Shown here piece after piece: positions 1 through 11,300 of a DNA stretch of 64,000 nucleotides. The stretch spans positions 23,250,001-23,314,000 of the forward strand of contig CM119379.1 of the NCBI GenBank assembly GCA_051294905.1, read 5' to 3'. The stretch is from Botryllus schlosseri (lineage: Eukaryota). A model generated the notes under the pieces. It saw nothing but the letters and a program-made list of their open reading frames with translations. It searched no databases and was not told the origin of the DNA. Every line of letters begins with the position of its first letter. The first letter of the stretch is position 1. A program made the position numbers and the translations under genes.

Positions 1-825
1 TGATGATGCCGGTTTTCATGATTCACTGTAAACATTCTCATTTGGCAGTGCCTAAGGACTTGGGCTGAGAACAATGATTTTAGTACTCACATCTGAATCA
101 AATATCAATTACAATGATTAGAGTAATGTAGTCGGAGATCATTTTTCTGAGTACTGAAATTATCCATTCCTTTCCACTGTGGAAGGCTGTAAACCACAGT
201 CAGTCAAATGACATTCTGTGAAGTCTTGATCAACCCGCAGTATTGTCATCAAGTGCAATGAAATAGGCAGCGTTGTAATGACCCGTTTGAAAAAGAGGAA
301 AAGGCAAACTGCTTCAATCAGTCTTGAGCTCAATCCGTTCCGCAGAGTCGCTTGGAGACAACTTGAGCCGTACCGGTACTTGAAAACAAATCCAGCCTAC
401 TGGTATCTACCGACATTTCATGTTCACATTTCATGAAACCGGCACATATTTCAACTGGGTGAAAATGAAAGCTCTATTAGTACATCATACTGCTTTTCTA
501 ATATTCACGGTGTCTTATTTGTTCAGCGTCACAACTTATGAAGCGAGTATAACCAACAATATAACTTGCACAACTCACTATCAAAAATAATATATACAAT
601 GTGCATTTAGCCATTCTAGAATTGCGTAAAAAGATTTCTGGATATTTCAACTGCCGTAGCATATTCTCGAGCTTAATCGCATAGTGCTGTGTATCACTCG
701 AGCGGCGACAAACATGATCATGTAAACTCGATCGGATTCACAGCACTTCGGCAAGCTGTCTCATGACGTCACACCAAGACGACCTGGCTTCAAAGACGAC
801 TTGACCATGGAAATGGGCTTAATAT

Positions 826-1706
826 CTCGCGAGCCATATATGGCTCTTTTGGATATAAGATATGGGTCTTTACCAATTTTTTATTTTTGTACTGAATTGA
901 TCAATATGGCAGCGACAAGTTAGTAAGTTTTCATCGCGGCCAGAATAATTTTTCTTGTGGCAGTATAAACAGGTCTTTGATAGGTAAAGACAATGCCGTC
1001 TTCAGGTTTAGGGTTCGGATCCCCTCTTTTCAAAATCCTCAAATTTAACTTACTGTCACGCCGGCGACCAATATGTCACTCGCGGATTTTATGTACCCGT
1101 CTCGAAATCGCTGATCAAAAAGCATAACAGAAATAGTGACGCCCATATCAGATTAGTTTTCAAATACACATTGTCTTCCTGATCTACGGCACGAAATGAA
1201 CTGTCGTGGACGTGACATTCACAATTACAAACTCGAAATACAAACAACGCGATAGCTTTCCACGTTCTTGATTGCTATGTTGCTTTGTAGTACCCGCGAT
1301 AAAATGTATGCTTGTAACGCAACGTTATGCAAACGCCGAATACTCTGAGAATTGAGAAGACGATCAGTATTTAGATTTTCGGAATCAGTGTTACAGTTAC
1401 ATTCAATTAATATCAGTTGCAATAAATTCCAAGCTATTTACCATGAATTGCGTGATCAATGGTGAGGCTTGTCTCTCGTCTTTGCCTTACCTCTCGTTTC
1501 AAGCTTCATCTTCGAACAATGAATACTAGAGAAAATGTGGCGTACACGACGAATCCCATGTAGTAAGCTCGAATTAGTGCTAACATGACGCCATGTATTC
1601 TCAATAGTGACGTAACCGTTGATTGGCATGTATGGCTCTTGGGGAGTTGAAATGGAAAAAATAGGGCCAATATGGCTCTTCGGACAAAAAAGGTTCCCGA
1701 CCCCTG
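826..1706. mobile_element. Degenerate hAT-type MITE remnant
   Basis: Right end GGTTCCCGACCCCTG at 1692-1706; subterminal TATGGCTCTT motifs near 840, 1630 and 1670; left TIR not found. Confidence 0.45.
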
Positions 1707-1714
1707 CTCTACTA

Positions 1715-2233
1715 GCTCACTTGGACTTGACTCGGTAGTGAATTGAAAATGACTCGACTTAACTTGAGTCAAAACTAAAAAAGTGTGTGACTTGGTTACA
1801 ATCCTGGAAACAGGTGATGAAATAGGTGATGTAGAACTGACATTATATTTTTTATGGTCACATAAAAGGTACATATTTGAACTTCTCACATCATTCACAT
1901 TGTTGTGAAACTGATTGGGTGATATCAAATGCCTCGCATTTAAAATATACTATTTTTTATCAATCTTAACGGTTTCTGGCCCTATTTTTCGACGACCAGC
2001 ACTGATAGATGAAATACCAACAGTGCGTTAACTTGACTACTATTCGAAGCTGCAATGAAATGCCTGTCTTAAGCGTCCGAGTCTCGAGTCATACGACTTG
2101 TTCGGGGCATGACCCGAGTACAAGTCGATTCATTACACAAATTGACTCAAGTCAAGTCATTTTTTAATTATAAGAAAATGATTCGAGTCAAGTCGAGTAA
2201 TCAAAAATCGTGACTCGAGTCATTACAGCCCTG
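1715..2233. mobile_element. Rearranged copy of the GACTCGAGTC-rich hAT MITE family
   Basis: 1715-1806 is the inverted 5' end (TTGGTTACAATCCTG); about 1920-2233 is the 3' half ending CATTACAGCCCTG. The right flank (GGAACCACTGA) resembles that of the copy at 27014-27483, so the insertion predates the duplication. Confidence 0.7.
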
Positions 2234-2374
2234 CGGAACCACTGACATGGCCTAACCAATATGCATAATTGCATATAGACATGGGTGCACAATCTGCACA
2301 TGGGGCCAATACATTTATTGAATACCCACAATGCGTTATCACTTGATGATTCCTTATGCAACCTCTCATTTTAG

Positions 2375-5300
2375 GTTGCGCTGATTTGTGGACGGATTGC
2401 TCTCAGAGAAAGATATTGAATCAGTGTTCAGCTTTACAAATGGTATGCCGGAAAACTTGCGGATATTGCACAACAACTGCTGTTACAAGTAGGCCTACTG
2501 GTAGGTACTTTATGTTATCTAGGCTCACGCTGAGATTGTCAGCTCGTCGCCTATACTAATATAACACAAACATTCAGGTAGTATCCAGGTATACAAGTAG
2601 AATAATTGTCTTCTTAGGTAGGCTAAAAATGCTTCCAGTATTCATAGGGAACTTAAATTCCTGGTTTCCCATGCAAACAACTCAAAGTCACATAAAAATT
2701 TCTGCCGGATTACTGTAATACTATATTTTGTAATTGAGATACTGCTAACTGTAAACAGGGATCTGGGACTTCGGGTTTGATAGCTAGTTGGTTGTAATGA
2801 TATTGATAGTAATTGGTTGCTCTGGGAATAAGTTGAAATAGCCTACAAGAATTTTCGTACAATAATAGTTGAGCCCGAAGTATTGAAGCAAGTAGAGGCA
2901 ATGAAATTGATTGATTTGACAATGAATTTCATGCTTTAGCAATCTGTGAAATTGTAATAAAGGTAATCTTTGGTAAGTAATTTCAAATTCAATCGTAACT
3001 TTTCTCAATCTATCCGACTTGATTTTAGTTTCATAACATAAATCATGCAGGCTATTTGAAGTTTGGACTTCAGCTGAACTCGCGAATGAGAAACTATTCG
3101 AAAGGCAGCATTTTTCAGCGAATTAATCAGTAATTTTGGGGTAAAATGTTGCTACTGGTGCCGAATGCACCAAATGCATTGACTGATACTGGGAACTGGG
3201 AAGCCTCTTCTCTAAAGTGTTGAGGCAATTCACTCTGGAAATTATAGTTAGTTTTGCAAATGTAAAGAATTGTAATTCAAATTGTAATCTTTTCAGGTTG
3301 CAGGGATGTGCGAACCGATTGCTTGATAAGGGAGCAATACCAACAATGTCCTCATTTGCGGGGTGATTGCGACAAGACATGTGGGTTTTGCGCAGGTCAG
3401 TTGGGTTTTTCGATCCCTGTTTTTATTTGCATGTAATAATGTATGATTGAATACCATCTATCACCGTGAAATATGTTCCTTGTCTTATAAAATGCCAATT
3501 ACATATCTCCATCATTCATGACAATGTTCAACAATAAGAATAACCGCATAATATCACAAGAAAAATGGGGCTGCTATTCATAATAAAGAGAAATTTATTG
3601 ATTCTTAAAGCAACTTTTAAATTAAAAAAAAATATGTCATATTAGGGTGAATACATTTTGCTATAACAAATATTATAATTTCTAAGATGAAAAGCCAACC
3701 GCCAAATGGAGCAAATGGTCAACATTTGGTAGATGTTCAAAGAAATGTGGTGGCGGCTCACAAACCAGGACCAGGACGTGTTCTGTCAAAGGAAGATGCC
3801 CCGGAATGTTGTCCGACTCGAGAAAATGCAATCAAAAGGCTTGTTCTGGAAAAAGTATGAACAATGACCGTGGAATCTCTGCCACCTCAGGAGCATGATC
3901 AAAATAAAGTTATTTCCTGTAAATATACAGTCATGTCACGCATATGCTGATATAATCCCAAATCTATTATGTATATTGTATATCTGTGGAGCAATCATCA
4001 GCAGTTGGCCAATTGAATTAAATTATGAATTGAAAAGAAATACGACAATCATCAAGTTCAGGTCATATCATATCAGAAATTAGATTAGAATCAGATTAAC
4101 GGCGTTCGCACCGATCAGTCTATGTAGACAATTAGAATTTTTTAGTTGTTTAATTCTGCCAGTAAATAGGACATTGATGAGTATTAAATATCTAAATACT
4201 GACACATTGCACTTTGTCAAGGCTACTCATCATGGACAAAATACGGAAAGTGTTCCGTAACCTGTGGAAGCGGAACGCGGTCAAGGACAAGAAAATGCCT
4301 CAAAGGGTCGTGCAAGCTACCACTGAGCCAGAAAAAGAATTGCCGTGGACGTAAATGCCCCGTTGAAGGTAAAACAATATTTTGGACTCTTTCATATCAT
4401 CTCCGATATTGCTTTCGACGTGCCGGCGGCCCACAATAAGTGTAAGTATCAGAATTATTTTTTATATATGTCATATATTTATAGATGATCTTAATTCCGC
4501 TAACCTCTTGCAAATGAAGTTTTCAACATTTGCTGTTATTATTTTTTTGCAGTTTAAATAATACATTTGTGGTCTGCCAGTAATTGTCTGCAGTTATCAG
4601 GTTGCGGTCATTGTCACATATGGAATTGTCCTTAAAGGCAATTCCAATGAGATCATTTTGCAGCTCCAGAATTGATCCGTATATTTACTGGCACAAATCA
4701 CCGTGGAAAAATTCATTTCACTTCAATAAATAGCTTTGTTTTATCATTATTTTCATCATTTCAAAACACCGCAAGATTGCGATACAATGAAAAGATAGGA
4801 ATGTGTTTTTCAATCAGACGCCAACCTTGGCCTAGAACATACAAATTGTAGGCACTGAATGAGCAGTAACAGAATTTAACCCATGAAAGTGTTGTGACAT
4901 GTGAGCATAGACAAAATAGATTTGTCAGATTGTCCAGTGATCCGGTAAGACTAGTATTCACTTCTGTTTCTTCTCAGATTGTTCTGACATTGGAGTCCAA
5001 TGCATAGTTTGGAAATTGTATAACCAATGCGCTTCGTTTGGTAAGCAGTGCAGGAAGACTTGTGGCTTGTGCGCAGGTGATTTTATGTCTGTTTGGTTCT
5101 GCAGATATTAACTAAAAGCAAAGTTTGAACTGAATAGAATGATGACATATACATATCATCATGAACCTATTTGTTGTTGTTTTGCTAGATTCCAAACCAG
5201 GCAAATGGGGCAAGTGGAGCAAATATCAACCTTGCTCAAAATCATGTGGAGGAGGCACAGCCACACGTACCAGAACTTGCTCCAAACCTGGAGCTTGCAA

Positions 5301-8300
5301 AGGTTCTGACAAACAGTCAAAGCGATGTAGAACAAATCGTTGCAAAGGTATGTTGCAGGGAAACTTTTTCTTATCGCCTTCTAATATTGGTAAAATCACA
5401 AAAAAAGTTCTCAATCACTGTAAATTTATTGCGCCTCATGTGAGCATATTAATATCACATATACATCAGGATCACGGCCTTTCCAGTCTTTAGTCTATTG
5501 GAATGTATTACTAGATTTTGCATTGCTCACTTGTTTGTGGGTCAAATGAAATTTCGACTCAAAGCCCAATGAGTGCCGATTTTACGGGCGTCGAATCCTG
5601 TGTGCTCTGCTAATGCGGACTCAGCAAATATTGCGTATCGGTCTTTTATTTTACTTAATACAGTCAAGCGATCCAAATTTAATAAAAATGCGGATTTACT
5701 TGATATAAATAGAAAGATCTTGTAGCCTGATTCGCAATAGCGATTGCTTGTCCGATAGTCGAAGAATAGAGAGATGAAACGGCAGTAACGGGAAAAATAT
5801 GTAGGCAATCGATCACAGACGACGCGACAATTAAGGGGGTACAGCACTCTAAAAATGATGTAGTCTCAAATTGAATAACAAATCGAAAAAATTTTGACTG
5901 CAGTCATTTTCTTCAGAAAGCCACCGTAATGGAACTGAAGCTAAATGATTTTTGGATAGCGCCCTGTTCCCCTCCAGCTTCGACGTCATCGTTTCTTAAG
6001 CTGTTGTGAAATTTCTGGTGCGATATCTTCACTGTCGCACTTGCTTGAAGCAATTAGTAAGTCACGCGAGAACGAACCTTAGAAAGTTGTCAGCCGATTC
6101 TTTAAAGGAATTGTGTCTTACACGACACGGCGGTTTAGTGCGCTCGACAGACGATGTTTAGTCAGGAGGATTTGTGTCTGAAACTTGTCTGGACTCTATA
6201 ATGTTTGTCAGTTGACTGATACTGAGATGCCATTATGGTTAAATATTGATACAAAGATGTTGATACAGCTGTAAGTTTCAAGCTGTGATTTGACAGCGTA
6301 TTTGTGACCGCACAGCCTTTAATAGTGCCACAGTGAAGATGTCGTGCCAGAAATTTGGCAACGGATTAAGACGCAATGACACGCAGCTGGAGTGGAACGG
6401 AGCGCTATCCAAAAATCATTTCGTTGCAGCTCCATTACGGTAACTTTCCAAAGAAAAGGACTGGCGCCAAAAATATTTTTTCAATCTGTTTTTTAATTCG
6501 AAATCACATCATTTAAAATAACCAATCAAATCAAACCGGACATTTAAGAGTTCTTGATTAGAAAAGGCAATTACAAATATAGGACAGTTGAATTACAAAC
6601 TGATTCACTAAAAACATGACTCGTCAGAACAAATGACAAGCTAAAGTGTGCACTAAGACTTATTACAAGAGGTAGCAGTGCATTTGCTGGAAGAATACTA
6701 TTTTATCTTAGATACAACAACGGGTAAATGGAGCAATTGGGGTGGATACAAAGCTTGTACCAAATCATGTGGCGGCGGTACTTCTACACGACACCGTACT
6801 TGCTCGAAACCTGGAAAATGCAAGGGCACTTCTAAACAGTCGAAGCCTTGTGGAACACATTCGTGTGAAGGTACTGCTATTGTGTCAGCAGGTGTTTGTA
6901 GCTATGTTATGATTTCCGTCATCATATTCGTACCAATCAATATGTCAAAGTGATTCTTCCTCGTGTTCATGAAAATTGCAGTTGTTAACAGATTGACTAG
7001 TATTTCGTCACAAGTTGACCTGAAAAATAAATTACACGGGTGTATTTTGTTTAATGATTATATAGAGTTGATCATTAAAGCGTCAAACAAGGCACTTGAA
7101 ACAACACAATCGAACACTGTTACATTATTGAATGTAAACATGGAATGGCAACGACGGATTTTTTTACTTCGCTGGGGTTGGAATCGGGATCGCCTCGCGG
7201 CAGCGAATATAGGATTTCTGTCAATTTGCCTAGAGCGCAGAATTTAATGAAACTGGGCTTGATCGAAAGCTACCGTCGCACTGATTCCAGAAATGTAAAT
7301 CATGATATGATCACGTCACTGGAACCGCCCGAATTCGCCCTCAAAGTCTGAAATACAGGCATTGTCCGGACAATCGGAGTGCCAAAATAGGTTAATGTTA
7401 TGCTCTATTGTGTCACAACGATCTGATTGTTCTGAGCAATACGGATTTCAGATGTTGCGGGTGATTTTAGGTGAGGCTCTAGTGCCTTGAAAATGTTTTA
7501 TTTATTTTTGGCGATATCGTGGCCGTGGTTAACTTCATGAAACAATGAGACAAACATAACCATGGCCAATATGGCCGGAAAAAATTAAAAAAGTTGAATA
7601 CTTGATTTTATTTTTGAGTTTTAAAATTGGACCTCAAAATTTGTAAACTGGACATTAGCTACTTTGATAACTACGTAATGATATATATATATATGATATA
7701 CTCATAAGTTCACTTCGATACGATGATCAGATCCTTTCCAGTGTTTACTCTATCGAAATGTATTGCTCATCGTGGAATATGACTCAGAGATTTCGCATTG
7801 CCCACATGTATGTGGTATGCTCCGATTCCTTTTGCTTCAGTATGTCGACTGACAAGCTAAAGAGTGCACTAAGACGTACTACAAGAGGCAGCAGTCTAAG
7901 TAGAAGAATACTATTTTATCTTAGGTAAATGGGGCAATTGGAGTGGGTACAAAGCTTGTACCAAATCATGTGGCGGCGGTACTTCTACACGCCATCGTAC
8001 TTGTTCGAAACCTGGAAAATGCAAGGGCACTTCGAAAGAGTCGAAGCCTTGTGGAACACGTCCTTGTGAAGGTACTGCTAATGTGTTAGTAGGTGTTTGT
8101 AGCTAGGTTATGATTTCTGTGATCTGACATCCTCCTCTCTGTTCATGTTCATTGTTCATTCATCTCATTGTGTCTTGTTTGTTGGATTGTACATAGTGTG
8201 TATTGAGCGGATGAAAATAGCAAAACCGCTAATTATGATTACAACATTCCAAGTGAGTCATAGCTTTGTGCAATAGAACCAAATATATTCTGAATTAAAT

Positions 8301-11300
8301 CTTCTTCATAGCGCTGGCAATCTGCAAAAATGTTTGAAGAGCTTTTTTGGGGGTACAGAACCGCAATATACAATTGAATAATGTATTCATCTTGAAATAA
8401 ACCCCACTGTTTTCGACTGACACTCGTCAGGGGTAATAGTCAGCAACTAGTAGACAATTGGAAAGGCCGTTGTATATCAATAATTGTATCACAAAATATG
8501 ACGGCACTGGCATGAAATTCTGAATAAATAGGGCAAAGAGATCAAATATGTTTGAATATAACTTTTAGGTAAATGGAATAACTGGACAACATGGAGCTCG
8601 TGCAGCAAACAATGCGGAAGTGGCAAACAGGAAAGAACTCGATCATGCCAAGGAAAAGGAAAATGCACGGGCGAAACTAAACAGTCTCGAGTTTGCAATA
8701 CTAAACCGTGCCAGTCTTCATGTGAGTACACAAAAGTCTACATATTGATCATGGTATTATAATACATTATCGGAAAAATAACGTAGGCTCTTCACTTTCA
8801 GTGTGGCTGCCATGGGAAAACTGGGGAGGTTGCAATAAGCCGTGCGGGTCAGGCGTAAGAACGAGGATAAGAATCTGTACAGCTTCTAGCGGATGCTCCG
8901 GTCAATCTGTTGAAACGAGCCCGTGCCAGCTTAGAACCTGTTCCAGTGGTGAGTTCCAAATCTGCAAACTTTCCTTGTGTCAAGAAGGATGGTTGCTCTA
9001 TCGCAGGGGTTCCCATGTATATCTGCTACCTGGCATATCAAAATAATAGAACCGTGTATTACATCATCCTGTTAAAACTAAAAACATAGGTCATATGTAT
9101 GACTGAGTCTGCTCTGTTCAAATCCTGGCAAATTATTAGCCTTTTGGTTTCAGAAATTTCATACTCACCGTGCTCAAGAACGTGCGGTGACGGAATTCAG
9201 AAAAAACTTGAGAGCTCGGGAGAATACAGTACTCGCCATTGTAAATTGAGAAGCTGTCCAAATGGTAATGTTTGCGAATTTGTATCGATTCCCAATGGTA
9301 ATCAGTTTATTTTAATTCATTTTCAAATGAAGTGTTTTGCCCGCACAATCATAAAGAGAGGTACAAGAATCCCGATAACTCGTGCTGTCTGAAAGCATCG
9401 TCATCATCATGCGGTATATCGTCCTCAACCAGTCATCAATATGAGCGCCGGGTAATCGGTGGCACGAATTCGGCCAAGGGTGAATGGCCATGGATGGTAT
9501 AATTTTTGCATCGCATCTCAGATCTGAATTTCTATGTCTCTGGGTTTCACAACAGGTGTATCTCACCGGACCGTTTGGACACTGTGGCGGCGCACTTTTG
9601 TCTTCGAAATACATTTTGACTGCGGCACATTGTTTGCAGTAAGATGTTATTGAGAGAACTCCGATGTTTCGTAGAGTGTGACTGAATGTTTTAAACTCTT
9701 GCAGAACGGATGGTGGAACGAAGCATGACGTTAATTCGTTCACTGTTGTGATCGGGTTTGCAGATCTGAGGAACAGGCAAGGGAAGTCTTACGCCTTGGC
9801 TCGCTCCGTCGTCTACCCGCTATATTCATTTCCAAAACATGACATCGGTATTCTGGAGGTAATGTAACAAATAGCCGTGGAGCTGTTCAAGCCAGTGTCG
9901 GGACGACTTGAGTCATGTCTTAACTCGAGTCAGACTCGTGACTCGGAGCAAAATTTACGAGTCAATTTCAAGTCATCAAGTAATCAGTGTCGATAAAAAT
10001 CACTGTATCTTTCATGTGCTTGGATTTTTCACGAAACGCTGGTGTAACCTGCGAGAGTGACCAATCATTCAATGATCGTATCACAAATAAATATGAGCAC
10101 AAACAATGCGATCGGATCTTAGAGCTTACGTTGTCCTAAACCAGTAGTAAAGTAATCTGTATCAAAATATCCATCTCTGTTAGACTGCTCATTGTGCTCT
10201 GTTCTTAGCTTAACCAATCCGTGTGTTTGATATAAATAGAATTTGGATATAGTTTATAAGTATATATACTCATCAACCATTGGCGTAGGCTTGAATTGGA
10301 GCTCATGAATGTGCAGGTGGGTAGTGTATTACAGTCACGGTTGTAATGACTCAAGTCATCACTCGACTCGAGTCACGATTTTTTGATGACTCGACTTGAC
10401 TCGAGTCATTTTCTCAAAATACAGAAATGACTCGACTCGCGTCAATCTGTGTATTGACTCTACATGGACTCGAGTCGTTGCGCATGACTCGAACCAAGTC
10501 ATATGACTCACGCAAAGACCGACATTTCATTGTAATATCGAAGAACAGTAAAGTAATCACCCTGTTGGGATTATACGTCTATTGGTACTGGTACTTGAAA
10601 ATGCGACCAGGAACTGTTAAAAGTGAGAAAAATTAGTATATTTATAAATTCGAACCATTCGGTATCATTAAACAGAGTTATAAGAGTGGGTTTAACAAGA
10701 CTTTAACTGGAAACTGAGCAGTCAACACAATGACTGGACTCGGACTCGAGTGATAATACCATGACTCAGACTCGAACCTCTGCTAGATGACTTGGACTCG
10801 AGTCAAAACCATATAAGTGAGAATGGCTTGGGACTCGGAGCTTTGCGACTTGGTTACAACCCTGATTGCAGTGTATCAATTCGTTTCTACTTTCTGAGGT
10901 TTCCTATTCTATTCTTTATTTTGACCGATAATTAGAGACCCAGGCAGTTCTACACATATGTGAGCGATGCAAACACCTTTTGCATGTATATTCAACTCTA
11001 TATACGTTCCTCAATTCAGAATAAATGACCACTCAATCTGTTTTTCAAACAGCCAGCAAAATTCGACGACGTAATCATGCCTCGTACTTCAAAAACGCAA
11101 CTTGACTTGACTCGACTCACCTCCAAAAATCAAGTGACTTCAAGCTAGTCCCACTGCTAACATGCACAAAACTTGTCCTTTAAAATGTACAATATGACAA
11201 TGTATCTCTCCCTTATTACCGATATCGCACAAACACTTTTCCAATGCAGATGTAGAACGGCTGCGGTACTGACAGAGTGCCAAAGTTCAAATAGCTTTTT

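Noticed and set aside
30-68. Short conserved peptide KHxHxAVPKDLG-stop shared with 25024-25062
   Set aside because: The upstream frames are unrelated; explained as duplicated intron sequence.
1506-1928. 140-aa ORF, and similar ORFs at 21277-21575, 27140-27343, 38414-38694, 39085-39273 and 54309-54512 (TRVKSSHFQFTTES)
   Set aside because: Chance frames through copies of the GACTCGAGTC MITE; not a protein family.
4929-4944. Possible 16-nt microexon (CAG...GTAAG) before the copy A-specific ShK exon
   Set aside because: It would shift the frame; no counterpart in copy B.
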